Part shown: one piece after another, positions 37,833 to 47,851 of the stretch
Layout: each line of letters opens with the position of its first letter
Numbering within the stretch: position 1 is the stretch's first letter
Assembly: GCA_965116435.1 (NCBI GenBank)
Contig: OZ220686.1
Location: 325,005 to 389,004, forward strand
Source: Rhodothermales bacterium
GTDB lineage: Bacteria > Bacteroidota > Rhodothermia > Rhodothermales > VXPQ01
Reading direction: 5' to 3'
DNA length: 64,000 nt
Notes under the pieces: model-generated
The model's database searches: none
What the model was told of the DNA's origin: nothing
The model's input: the letters and a program-made list of their open reading frames with translations, nothing else
Translations under genes and position numbers: made by a program

Positions 37833-40649
37833 ATGGCGCAGGCGACCATAGACAGACTGATAATCAATTCCCCCTACAAGGAACCGGCAAGGCATTGGAA
37901 CTATGACCGCGCCTCGCGCCTGTTCGATCTCGCAGAGGGTCGGCGTCCGGCCGGATATGTTGTAGCTTCGCAGGACTCCAAGACCTTTGATGACCCTGGA
38001 ACCTTTGTAGAAATCCCTCTGGTTAATCAGATTCGCACCCGCGTCAAGAAGTGGCGCGACGCAGGGTATCCGGGCGTAACCGGCGTTACTCGCCGCCTGC
38101 TTCAGCACTGGACAGATCCAGAGGAATTCGCCGAACGACGATTCTTCTTTTGCCAGATTGAGGCTGCCGAAACACTGATCTGGCTTGCGGAAGCATCTTC
38201 CTCCGAGAAAGTAGGCATCGATATTCCAGCCGACGGGGGAAATTTCCAGCGGCTATGCGCCAAAATGGCGACGGGTTCAGGGAAAACCGTGGTTATGGCC
38301 ATGATCATCGCATGGCACATCCTGAACAAGGTCGCATTTCCACAGGACCGCCGATTCGCCAAAAATATTCTTGTGATTGCGCCGGGACTGACCGTCAAGA
38401 GCCGCCTGTCGGTTCTGAACCCCTCTCACCCGGAAAATTACTACCAGGCATTTCGCGTCCTCCCCTCCCCTATGCTGGACAAGCTCCGCCAGGGGAAGGT
38501 GCTTGTGCATAACTGGCATGCGCTCAACTGGGAGACGGACGAGAAAATCGCCAATAAACGCAGCGTGGACAAACGCGGAGCGAAGAGCAACGAAGCGTAT
38601 GTACGGGAAGTGCTTGGAGATATGGCGAATGCCCGAAACATACTGGTTATCAATGACGAAGCACATCATGCGTGGCGTGTTCCTGCCGGATCCGGTGCGC
38701 GAGGGATTAAAAAAGAGGATATCAAACCAGGGGACATCGAACAAGCCACGAAATGGATTGGCGGACTGGATCGAATAGACCAGGCTCGCGGGATCCTTGG
38801 GTGCTACGATTTTTCGGCGACGCCTTTTGTCCCGTCCGGCAAAAAAAGTTCGGAGGAAGCGCTGTTCGACTGGATCGTGAGCGATTTCGGGCTGAATGAC
38901 GCTATTGAAGCCGGTCTCGTCAAAACACCCCGCGTAGTGATCCGCGACGACGCCGTTCGAGACGCAAAAACCTACAAATCGCGGCTTTATCATATCTATA
39001 ACGATTCTGAAGTAAAGGACGACCTGAATCGAAAGGCCGAGCCAACGGCTCCTCTTCCCGACCTTGTTCTGAATGGCTATTACCTTCTCGGGTACGACTG
39101 GCGCGAAACAGCAAGGCAATGGCAGTCTCAAGGCTATAAGACCCGGCCAGCAATGATTACCGTGACAAATCGCACGGAGACGGCGGCGAGGATCAAGCAC
39201 TCTTTCGACAACGGCAAAATCCGCATTGACGAGCTTTGCGATGCGAAGCGAACGCTTCACATCGACTCGAAAGTCCTTGAAAAGGCCGAAGCCGCCGACG
39301 GGCCGATCGCCGAAAGCAACAAGAAATCTAAGCCAAAACAGCGCGCCGAATTTTTGCGCTTGCAGGTAGACACCGTGGGGCAGGAAGGAAAGCCCGGAGC
39401 GGATATCCAGAATGTGATCGCCGTGGGGATGCTATCCGAAGGCTGGGACGCCAGAACCGTAACGCACATCATGGGCCTGCGGGCCTTCACCAGCCAGTTG
39501 TTATGCGAACAGGTGGTAGGGCGTGGCCTGCGCCGCACCGCCTATGAAACGAATCCGGAAACCGGTCGCTTCGATCCGGAATACGTCAATATCTTTGGTG
39601 TGCCCTTTACGTTTTTGCCGCACGAATCGAAGCCAGGCGTAGTGCCGCCTCCGCCTAAGCCGAAAACCGAAATCAAACCTGATCCCGAAAAGGCGGCGTT
39701 CGAGATTCGGTGGCCCAATCTCGTTCGTATTGATCGCGTATTCCGTCCGCATTTAACCCTTGATCCAGATCAGGTAGCGCAGATCGAGTTGAGTGCAGGG
39801 CAAACCATTCGCATCGCCGAACTGGCGCCCGTGGTCGAGGGCAAGCCAGACTTGAGGAAGATATCCCTTATCGAACTCGACAAACTGGCTCGCGAGTTCC
39901 GTACCCAACGTATCGTGTTCGAAACGGCGGCGGAGGTATACGACCGGATGCAGACGGATTGGCAAGGCAGCCGGGAATTTCTGCTGGCCCAGTTGGTGAG
40001 GCTCATAGACAAATTCATCCGCTCCGACAGGATTGTCGTTACATCCTCCCTGTTCGACCAGGATCGTCTAAAACGCCGCCTGATCATTACGCTTAACATG
40101 ACCAGGATTGTCGAACATATCTGGCAGGCGATTCACTTCGAAAACGTCGAAAAACTGGAGCCGGTATTCGATTCGGACCGCCCTGTTTGCTCAACCGGAG
40201 ACATGATCACCTGGCATTCCAGCAAGCCTTGCGAACCGACCGAACACAGCCACATCAATTTCTGCGTGTACGACAGCGCCTGGGAGGCAACGGAAGCCTT
40301 CGCTCTGGATCGCAGCCCCCTCGTGGAGGCATGGGTGAAGAACGATCATCTCGGTTTCGAGGTGTTTTACGTGTATCGCGGGGTGGTCAGAAAATATCGC
40401 CCCGACTTTCTCGTCAGGCTGACCTCTGGCGCTATGCTGGTTCTGGAAGTCAAAGGCAAAGAGAGCGAGCAGGATCGTATCAAGCACGGGTTTCTCGACA
40501 GATGGGTTGCCGCCGTCAATGCGCATGGAGGGTTTGGGCGATGGACCTGGGCTGTTTCGAGGAATCCTGGCGATATTCACGATATCCTCACGAAAAATGT
40601 GTTGCCGGATGTGTCTAAAGGGATGTCGGATACTCTTGCGGGAACATAA
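37833..40649 (+). CDS. res: Type III restriction enzyme Res subunit (SF2 helicase plus C-terminal PD-(D/E)xK nuclease)
   Basis: Motif I MATGSGKTVVMA, motif II VINDEAHHAW, motif VI EQVVGRGLRR, and a C-terminal nuclease-like PDFLVRL....LVLEVKGKE. 938 aa and intact. Confidence 0.85.
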   Translation: MAQATIDRLIINSPYKEPARHWNYDRASRLFDLAEGRRPAGYVVASQDSKTFDDPGTFVEIPLVNQIRTRVKKWRDAGYPGVTGVTRRLLQHWTDPEEFAERRFFFCQIEAAETLIWLAEASSSEKVGIDIPADGGNFQRLCAKMATGSGKTVVMAMIIAWHILNKVAFPQDRRFAKNILVIAPGLTVKSRLSVLNPSHPENYYQAFRVLPSPMLDKLRQGKVLVHNWHALNWETDEKIANKRSVDKRGAKSNEAYVREVLGDMANARNILVINDEAHHAWRVPAGSGARGIKKEDIKPGDIEQATKWIGGLDRIDQARGILGCYDFSATPFVPSGKKSSEEALFDWIVSDFGLNDAIEAGLVKTPRVVIRDDAVRDAKTYKSRLYHIYNDSEVKDDLNRKAEPTAPLPDLVLNGYYLLGYDWRETARQWQSQGYKTRPAMITVTNRTETAARIKHSFDNGKIRIDELCDAKRTLHIDSKVLEKAEAADGPIAESNKKSKPKQRAEFLRLQVDTVGQEGKPGADIQNVIAVGMLSEGWDARTVTHIMGLRAFTSQLLCEQVVGRGLRRTAYETNPETGRFDPEYVNIFGVPFTFLPHESKPGVVPPPPKPKTEIKPDPEKAAFEIRWPNLVRIDRVFRPHLTLDPDQVAQIELSAGQTIRIAELAPVVEGKPDLRKISLIELDKLAREFRTQRIVFETAAEVYDRMQTDWQGSREFLLAQLVRLIDKFIRSDRIVVTSSLFDQDRLKRRLIITLNMTRIVEHIWQAIHFENVEKLEPVFDSDRPVCSTGDMITWHSSKPCEPTEHSHINFCVYDSAWEATEAFALDRSPLVEAWVKNDHLGFEVFYVYRGVVRKYRPDFLVRLTSGAMLVLEVKGKESEQDRIKHGFLDRWVAAVNAHGGFGRWTWAVSRNPGDIHDILTKNVLPDVSKGMSDTLAGT

Positions 40650-40666
40650 ACGTCTGGTTACACACC

Positions 40667-43197
40667 ATGCCGAAAAAGAAAGACATTGAAAGCTACGCGC
40701 ACACCGATAAGGAGCGGACGAACAACCCTCCCGTCGGGCTGGTAACCCCTGAAACCGATCGGGATCAAGGCAGGAAGGGCTATGCTCACGATCCTCATAT
40801 CGACCCACAACTCGTCTGGGCCGGAAAGGCGGAGCATACGTCGTTCGAGGTCCCGACCGTCTCGCTGCATGTGCACGAACGCATAGATGCGCGTACGATC
40901 ATCGAGGCGACGCGGAAACGCAATGGCGCGCTGCCCCAGCCTTCGTTATTTGAAGGTCTGGGGGAAAATCCGCCGCTTCGCCAAGCCATCGAGTTCTACC
41001 GGCACAAGCATAACTGGACCAACCGCCTCGTTGCGGGCGACAGCCTGCTCGTCATGAACAGCCTGCTGGAAAAGGAAGGGCTTGGCGGGCAGGTGCAGAT
41101 GATTTACATAGATCCGCCGTATGGAATCAGTTACGGATCGAATTTCCAGCCTTTTGTGAATACGCGAAATGTGAAGGACGGAGAGGATGGGGATTTGACT
41201 GCAGAACCGGAACAGATCCGCGCTTTTCGAGACACCTGGGAAATGGGCATCCATTCCTATCTGGCGTATCTGCGAGATCGCCTTCTGATTTCGCGGGAAC
41301 TACTCACCGAGAGCGGTTCCTGTTTCGTGCAGATCGGCGATGAAAACATCCACCGCGTGGGTATGGTGATGGACGAAATTTTCGGCGCAGAGAATCGCAT
41401 AGCTACCATATCCTTCGCCACAACGAGCGGAAGTTCCACGTCCACCCTGCCACAAGTAGCCGATTACCTTCTCTGGTACGCAAGGGATCACAAAAAGGTG
41501 AAATACCGGCAAATATATGAATCCCTGACGCGGAGTGAGATAGTAGACCTTTTCAATTGGGATGTCATGGTAGAATTGCCGGATGGCGCATGCCGGAAGC
41601 TTACCCCCCAGGAACGCTTTGATCCCGATGCATATTTGCCCGAAGGCGCTCGCATTTATCAACGCACCGGACTGGATTCGCAAGGTGTTTCTACAACAGG
41701 TCGCTCCGAGCCTTATGAATGGAACGGCAGGGTATTTCCTTGCGGGAAAAATCGCCATTGGTCCATTTCCAAAGAAGGCATGGACCGTTTGGCCGAGCTG
41801 GGCAGACTGGAAGCGCTTGCTGGCCAAGAGTCGCTCAGGTGGAGAAAATACGAAAATGAAGTGCCAGGGCGACGCATCAACAATGTCTGGCCAGTCAAAA
41901 TGTACCCCAGCACAAAATCCTATGTGGTGGAGACCTCTACGAAAGCCATCCAGCGTTGCCTGCTGATGACCACGGATCCCGGCGATCTTGTGCTTGATCC
42001 CACTTGCGGTAGCGGAACCACGGCCTTCGTCGCCGAGCAGTGGGGACGAAGATGGCTTACTTGCGATACCTCGCGCGTTGCTATCACACTGGCCAAACAG
42101 CGGCTGATGACGGCGCATTTCGACTATTACGAATTGGCGCATCCTGACGAGGGAGTAGGTAGCGGTTTTCGCTACAAAACAGTCCCGAAGGTTTCTCCCA
42201 AGGTTCTCACAGGCGACGAATCGCAATCTGATATAGTCCTCTACGACCAGCCCCTGAAAGACAATAAAAAGTTTCGCGTCACGGGTCCATTCACACTGGA
42301 AGCCGTGCCTGCGCCTACGGTAAAACCGCTGGACGATATACAAGATACCCCCCCCCCCCCCACACGCCACCAGATGACTCGGTTGCTCGCTCGGGAGAAA
42401 CGCTCCGCCAGAGCGACTGGCGCGACGAATTGTACAAAACCGGCATCCGAGGCAAGGCCGGGCAGCGTATCTCATTTGTCCGCCTGGAACCACTTCCTGG
42501 CTGTCACTGGCTACACGCCGACGGGGAGACGCGCTCTGATAATGCCGAAACGGACTCCGAACGGGTTGTTATTTCCTTCGGTCCCGATCATGCTCCATTG
42601 GAACAACGCCAGGTGGCCTTAGCCATTGAAGAGGCGCAAAACCTCGTTCCCAAGCCGAAAATCATCGTTTTTGCCGCTTTTCAGTTTGACCCCGAGGCTG
42701 CCAAAGATATCGACGAAACAAATTGGCCCGGCGTAACTTTACTCAAGGCGCAAATGAACGCGGACCTGCTGACGGGAGACCTGAAGAAAAAACGCTCCAG
42801 CAACGAAAGCTTCTGGCTTATCGGCCAACCGGACGTAGAATTGGAAACAATGCAAGACGGCAAACTGCGGGTATCCGTACTCGGATTCGACTACTACAAT
42901 ACAAAAACCGGCAAGCCGGAATCCGGCGGATCGGACCGAATCGCCGTGTGGATGCTGGACCCGGATTACGATGGCCGTAGCCTGTTTCCGCATCAGGTTT
43001 TCTTTCCTTTGGCCGGTCCCAAAGACGGCTGGACCCGCCTTGCGCGCAACCTGAAGGCCGAGCTCGACGAACGTCTCATAGAAGCCTATCGCGGCACAAC
43101 CTCCCTTCCCTTCGAGCCGGGCGAGCACCGGCGCGTGGCGGTCAAGATCGTGGACGACCGGGGCATTGAAAGTTTGAAAATTGTGGAGGTGGGTTGA
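40667..43197 (+). pseudogene. mod: Type III-like DNA methyltransferase (Mod, N6/N4 beta-class), split by a frameshift inside a C14 tract
   Basis: Motif IV IYIDPPYG precedes motif I LVLDPTCGSGTTAFVA. Frame 2 (40667-42622) leaves the expected sequence at the C tract. The conserved C-terminal domain (..DWRDELYKTGIRGKAGQRISF...AFQFDPEAAKDIDE...DYDGRSLFPHQVFFP) continues in frame 1 directly from the tract to 43197. A tract of C15 or C12 would give one ORF of about 840 aa. Confidence 0.8.
42348..42361 (+). repeat. Homopolymeric C14 tract at the mod frameshift
   Basis: Counted directly (3+10+1 C across the line breaks). Confidence 0.95.
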
Positions 43198-44021
43198 TGG
43201 AAAGGCCGAGTAAGAAGAAAGCGATGGAGCGTTTGCAGAAAGCCCGAGAGGCAATTAATGAATTGCGGAGTCCGGATATCCTACGTGATCAGAGTAGCTC
43301 TCCAAAATTCAAAAAGTGGCACCGAAATACCGAAATTGCTATCACTAACATATTTGGCAATTCTCGTCATATTGAAGATTTTAGAAATGTTCGGTATCGC
43401 CTGCTAGCGTATTCTGATATGACCCCCGACGGAGAGTTCATTGAAGCCTATATACACGGCTTGGATTCAGCAGATGCAATACTTGAGTCAATGCTTGAGG
43501 AGATTAAAGAATATTGGGACAATGACATTAATACATCAACACCACCTTCATCCAAAGAAATATTTCAGTTAGATACAAACAAAATATTTGTCATCCACGG
43601 TAGAGACGAAGGCACCCGAGATATGCTATCTGGATTTATCAAAAAATTAGAACTTCAGCCTGTGATACTATCGGAAAAATCAAATCAGGGACTCACGATC
43701 ATTGAAAAATTCGAGAAGTATTCAGAAGTCGGATTCGCGATAGCTTTGCTGACGCCCGACGACACCGGATCGCTTAAAGAAGCCGAAAACAAACCGAATC
43801 CACGCGCTCGGCAAAACGTGATCTTCGAATTGGGCTTCTTCATTGGAAAAATTGGGCGAGAACGCGTATGCGCCCTTACCAAAGGAAAGCTGGAAATACC
43901 TTCGGACTACTCCGGCGTTGTGTACATATCATTGGATGACTCTGGTGGATGGAAGCTCCAACTTTGCAAAGAACTCAAGGACGCTGGATACGCAGTAGAC
44001 GTAAATCGAATTATGGAGTGA
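43197..44021 (+). CDS. TIR-like domain protein (CAP12/Pycsar-effector-type, COG4271-like) with an N-terminal helical domain
   Basis: The C-terminal 140 aa, KIFVIHGRDEGTRDMLSGFIKKLELQPVIL....IIEKFE....FAIALLTPDD......RARQNVIFELGFFIGKIGRERVCAL.KG.LEIPSDYSGVVY, match the TIR-like nucleotide-binding family as I remember it. The ATG overlaps the mod stop (TGATG). The gene is very low in GC. Confidence 0.7.
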   Translation: MERPSKKKAMERLQKAREAINELRSPDILRDQSSSPKFKKWHRNTEIAITNIFGNSRHIEDFRNVRYRLLAYSDMTPDGEFIEAYIHGLDSADAILESMLEEIKEYWDNDINTSTPPSSKEIFQLDTNKIFVIHGRDEGTRDMLSGFIKKLELQPVILSEKSNQGLTIIEKFEKYSEVGFAIALLTPDDTGSLKEAENKPNPRARQNVIFELGFFIGKIGRERVCALTKGKLEIPSDYSGVVYISLDDSGGWKLQLCKELKDAGYAVDVNRIME

Positions 44022-44062
44022 ATAAAAAAATAAGGTTTATATTTTTTCATAATGGTGTATAA

Positions 44063-44323
44063 ATGCTGTTCATCCGAAAAGCCGAAGCGGAACAATTGCT
44101 TCTTTCAGGCTTTGCCCGGGGTATGGTTAGCACCCATCGCCAGGGAAACCTGAGCCTGCCCAAGTTTGTATGGGCCGTGGACGACCAGGGCGAGGTTTAC
44201 GAAGCAAAACTGGACGGCGACGGACCCGGCTATCACGGGTACCGAATCAACGAATATCGAGACGCAGGCTCGCGCGTAATGCGCAAACAGGTGCTAAGGG
44301 CATGGAAACGACGGAGCAATTGA
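44063..44323 (+). CDS. Hypothetical small basic protein (86 aa)
   Basis: ATG ORF containing KFVWAVDDQGEVYEAKLDGDGPGYHGYRINE. It overlaps the next ORF by 22 nt. No family was recognised. Confidence 0.45.
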   Translation: MLFIRKAEAEQLLLSGFARGMVSTHRQGNLSLPKFVWAVDDQGEVYEAKLDGDGPGYHGYRINEYRDAGSRVMRKQVLRAWKRRSN

Positions 44324-45054
44324 AATTTACGTTCGTCCCGGAGCCGCTGGAGGAAGGCTCCCCGGAAGAGAAGGCTTCTTTCGGCAAGGTTTCCATTGCC
44401 GCAAACGGGCGCGTACTGACCGAAGGCATTGCGTTGCTGGAGGACAACGAGCTCGTCAGCGGGTCCCATGTTTCTGCCTATCATATGGCCGAATGGCTGC
44501 TGTGGAACTGGTGGCGGTTGCTTTGGGAGCCCCGTCCGGAAGGCGTGGAAAACGGCAAGGACGAGGATAAAGACGATACATGGTTCGAATGGGTTTTTGC
44601 GCACAATTTGTCCTCCATCGGCGAGGGTTATCTGTGGCCGGATATCGAAATGGCGTCGGACGGCGGGCTGATGCATCTGGCCTCTTCGCCGACCGGAGAT
44701 CCGAATGAAAAGGTGTTTCGCTTCGTGGGAGCATCGCGGCTGGAGACCATCCCGGTCGGGGCATTCATGAAGGCCGTGGACGAATTCGCCTGTGCCGTGC
44801 TGGAGCGCCTGGACGAGGCAAATATTCGGGATACCAACCTGCATGTTCTCTGGCGTCAGTTGGCGCGGGAACGGGAGGACAAGGCCGCGGCGGCGTTTCG
44901 CCGCATGGAGGCGATACTGGGATATGATCCCGGCGAAGGAGAGGACGACGAGATACGGGAATACCTTGCGGACGCCGCAACATTAGGAATGGATATTCGC
45001 CTTGCTCGCATTGCAGGACACTTGCTCGGAAGTTCCGCCGTTTCCGACGAGTAA
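44302..45054 (+). CDS. Hypothetical acidic protein (250 aa)
   Basis: The ORF was trimmed to ATG 44302 (METTEQLKF). It has the Trp-rich motif HMAEWLLWNWWRLLWEP. It ends 13 bp from the convergent Calx-beta gene and may be 3'-truncated. Confidence 0.5.
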   Translation: METTEQLKFTFVPEPLEEGSPEEKASFGKVSIAANGRVLTEGIALLEDNELVSGSHVSAYHMAEWLLWNWWRLLWEPRPEGVENGKDEDKDDTWFEWVFAHNLSSIGEGYLWPDIEMASDGGLMHLASSPTGDPNEKVFRFVGASRLETIPVGAFMKAVDEFACAVLERLDEANIRDTNLHVLWRQLAREREDKAAAAFRRMEAILGYDPGEGEDDEIREYLADAATLGMDIRLARIAGHLLGSSAVSDE

Positions 45055-45067
45055 GGCCTCCCCTACC

Positions 45068-47773
45068 CTACCGTAGCAGCGTCATTTTCCTCGTGAGCGT
45101 TTCTCCGTTCGCCTGGAGTCGATAGACGTACAGGCCCGACGGCAGGCTGTCCGCGTCGAAGCGTACGGTATGCGTTCCTGCCGGGCACACCCCGTCTACG
45201 AGGACGCCTACGCTGCGCCCGGTGGCGTCGAATACTTCCAGGCGGACGTGTTGGGGGGCGGGAAGCTCGTATTCTATCGCCGTCGAGGGGTTGAACGGGT
45301 TCGGGTAGTTCTGGCCCAGCGCAAACGCATCCGGGAGTTCCCCTTCGGGAGATTCTATCGACGTTACGTTTTCATCTTCCGAGATGATCACGTCCACAGA
45401 TGCGGGCGTCCCTCTCGAAAAACCGGCGGGCAAGGCTCCGAACGTTACCGTGAACGTTTCGTCCTCCATGTCGTCGTCCTTTGTGGTGAGGATCCAGTCC
45501 GTTCCGAAGGGTTCGTTTGCGTCTATGACGATGGTTGCGAGGGCCACGTAGTCGCCTGTTTCGCCGTCGTTTGTGGTGAAGACGAGGGGCAAGGTCACCA
45601 CGCTGGGTACGGTATGCGCCAGTTCGGCGTGGATGGTGGCTCTTCTGCCTTCGTAGATGGGGTTCGGGTACACAGCCAGCGTAATCTGGGTCGGGTCGTT
45701 GCCGCCACCGGGGTCGCCGCCACCGGGGTTTCCTCCGCCCGGGTTTCCACCACCGCCGCCCGAATCATCGTCGTTCACCGTCACTGTCGCGGAGTTGGCG
45801 CTGCCCACCGTGTAGCCATTGCCGTTTTTCAGCGTTACCGTCACCGAGCCGTTCGCCTCATCCGCGTTGTCGTCCTCGGTGGAGATGGCGACGGTTGTGC
45901 TGGCTGCGGAGATGCTCCGCGTCTTGTCGCCAAGTTGGCCGGACGCCAAGAACGTTCCGCTTTGCGAGACCGTGTAGGCGACCGTGATGCTGCTACCCGG
46001 CGCAGGGTTCGACGAAATGGTGAACGAAGCATCGCCGCCCTCGGTCACCGCCGACCCACCGGTGATGGTTAGCTCCGGCGTCGCTGTAGCCCGATCGTTG
46101 TCCGTAATCGTCAGCGTGTGCATAGCTCTCGTCGTGCCGACATTGTAGCCCGTGCCGCTACCCAGCGTCAAAATAACCGTCTCGCTGCCTTCCACCACGC
46201 TGTCGTCCGTGATGGCGACCGGAATGCTCGCCGTGCCCGAAGTCCCAACGGTGATTGAGCCGCTATTACTACTCACCCCGTTGATAGAATAATCCGTCCC
46301 GCGCGTGGCGCCGCCGGAGAGCATGTAGTTCACCGTAACGTTCCCACTTGGCGCAGGGCTGAGATTCACCGCGACGTTTTGTGTCCCGCCGCCCTCCGCC
46401 GCGCTCGAAGCGGACGCCCCGAAGTTCGCTTCGGGCGTACTTGGCGCATCGTCGTCCGTCACCGTCACCGTCACGCTGGGGATAGAGAACGTCGTCAACG
46501 CCGCCGGACGGTACTTCTGGCCGTCCCCGTCGCCCGCCTCGATCGTGTGCGTGATCGTACGGGTGCGCTCGCCGCCCGTATTCACGATGTGGTCGTTCTG
46601 GCCCGTGATCGTCACCGTCTGCGCCGTGCTCCAGTTGCTTGTCGTGAACGTCAGCGTATCTTTTGCCTTCGGCTTCGCATTCCCGCCGGGACCGTCCACG
46701 AACGCTGCGCCTCCGGCGGTCACGGTGATGATCACTTGCCCCGCAGGCCGCGTGTCCAGGCCCACGGTGTAGGTCGCCGTGCCTCCGTTCTCCGCGACCG
46801 TGCGGGCGCTCTGCGATACGGTCACTCCCGCCGTGTCGTTGTCGTTCACGGTCACCGTCGCGGAGTTCGCGGTGCCCACCGTATAGCCCGTGCCCGCGTT
46901 TACGGTCACCGTCACGCTGCCGTTGTTCTCGTCCGTATCGTCGTCCACGGTGGAGACGGAGTGGGTAGCGGAGCCGGACGTGGGTACGGAAACCGTCTTG
47001 CTGCTGCCGATCAATCCAGAGGTTGCGAAGTTGCCGCTCTCGCTCACGGTCAGTTTGACGGTGAGGGCCGAGGCCGGCGCAGGGCTTGCCGTCACCGTGA
47101 AGCTGGCATCCGCGCCCTCGGTCACGGAAGACGATCCCCCCGCAATAGTGACCTCCGGGAGGGTTACGGTGTCGTCGTCAAGGATCGTGTGGGTATGGGT
47201 CGATGTGCCGAGGGTGACATCCGAACGGGCGTTGCCGAGAAAGGATAGCGTTGCGATCACCGTCTCGTCGGACTCAACGTCGGTGTCGCCCCGCACCTGG
47301 ATGGCTATGTGAGGATAATCAAGGCTGGAAAAAGCATCCGCTCCCAATGATGCCTTTTCGCAGGTGCTTGCACGGGGGCTGTTGGACAATATCGTTCGGT
47401 AGTCTGCGCCTGGGGTGCCCCAACCACCTTGACCATCATCTTGCGTATTGATGGTCGCCGTGCCACTGAAACAGATCTCAAAAGGCACAGTACCTGGTAC
47501 CTGCTTTGACAGGGTCACCGTGTAGGCAAGGCTCCTTATACCCGAATCCCCTTCGTTCGCGTCCGCAGGTCCACTGATAGACAGGGTGGCGGCCTGCGCG
47601 GCGGCCTCGTAGACCGGTCCCCATACCATACACAGCGCGGCCAGCCACGCTATCCATAGAATGCGGCGACAGGAAAGGGCGCGCCGCGCCGCCGAAGCAG
47701 CGCCTGATTTACAAGATAGCCCCCCCCCCCTCACGTTCGAGGAATCATTCTCCCGAAGAAACGAAGAAATCAT
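45068..47773 (-). CDS. Secreted Calx-beta repeat protein with T9SS C-terminal sorting domain (paralogue A, in frame)
   Basis: 901 aa. The leader is MISSFLRENDSSNVRGGGLSCKSGAASAARRALSCRRILWIAWLAALCMVWGPVYEAAAQA. It has Calx-beta modules, a linker GGGGGNPGGGNPGGGDPGGGN, and the C-terminus FALGQNYPNPFNPSTAIEYEL...LYVYRLQANGETLTRKMTLLR. Confidence 0.85.
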   Translation of the reverse strand: MISSFLRENDSSNVRGGGLSCKSGAASAARRALSCRRILWIAWLAALCMVWGPVYEAAAQAATLSISGPADANEGDSGIRSLAYTVTLSKQVPGTVPFEICFSGTATINTQDDGQGGWGTPGADYRTILSNSPRASTCEKASLGADAFSSLDYPHIAIQVRGDTDVESDETVIATLSFLGNARSDVTLGTSTHTHTILDDDTVTLPEVTIAGGSSSVTEGADASFTVTASPAPASALTVKLTVSESGNFATSGLIGSSKTVSVPTSGSATHSVSTVDDDTDENNGSVTVTVNAGTGYTVGTANSATVTVNDNDTAGVTVSQSARTVAENGGTATYTVGLDTRPAGQVIITVTAGGAAFVDGPGGNAKPKAKDTLTFTTSNWSTAQTVTITGQNDHIVNTGGERTRTITHTIEAGDGDGQKYRPAALTTFSIPSVTVTVTDDDAPSTPEANFGASASSAAEGGGTQNVAVNLSPAPSGNVTVNYMLSGGATRGTDYSINGVSSNSGSITVGTSGTASIPVAITDDSVVEGSETVILTLGSGTGYNVGTTRAMHTLTITDNDRATATPELTITGGSAVTEGGDASFTISSNPAPGSSITVAYTVSQSGTFLASGQLGDKTRSISAASTTVAISTEDDNADEANGSVTVTLKNGNGYTVGSANSATVTVNDDDSGGGGGNPGGGNPGGGDPGGGNDPTQITLAVYPNPIYEGRRATIHAELAHTVPSVVTLPLVFTTNDGETGDYVALATIVIDANEPFGTDWILTTKDDDMEDETFTVTFGALPAGFSRGTPASVDVIISEDENVTSIESPEGELPDAFALGQNYPNPFNPSTAIEYELPAPQHVRLEVFDATGRSVGVLVDGVCPAGTHTVRFDADSLPSGLYVYRLQANGETLTRKMTLLR
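47720..47730 (-). repeat. Homopolymeric G11 tract (C11 on the + strand) in the leader of paralogue A
   Basis: Counted directly. It encodes RGGG between ATG 47773 and the signal peptide. Confidence 0.95.
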
Positions 47774-47851
47774 GCTGTCCTCTGGTTTTGTTCAACGTAT
47801 CCTTGTATTCAACATAACCTGCATGCGTAATAATATACGATGCGCCCCACC

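Larger units (their letters stand above)
36126..45054. mobile_element. Putative integrated genomic island (recombinase, Type III R-M, TIR-like gene and unknown genes)
   Basis: A tyrosine recombinase sits at the left end. Base composition is mosaic and lower in GC (very AT-rich at 43.2-44.06 kb). Defence-type cargo is present. Only 13 bp separate the last gene from the convergent Calx-beta gene. No flanking direct repeats or tRNA were identified by eye. Confidence 0.45.
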
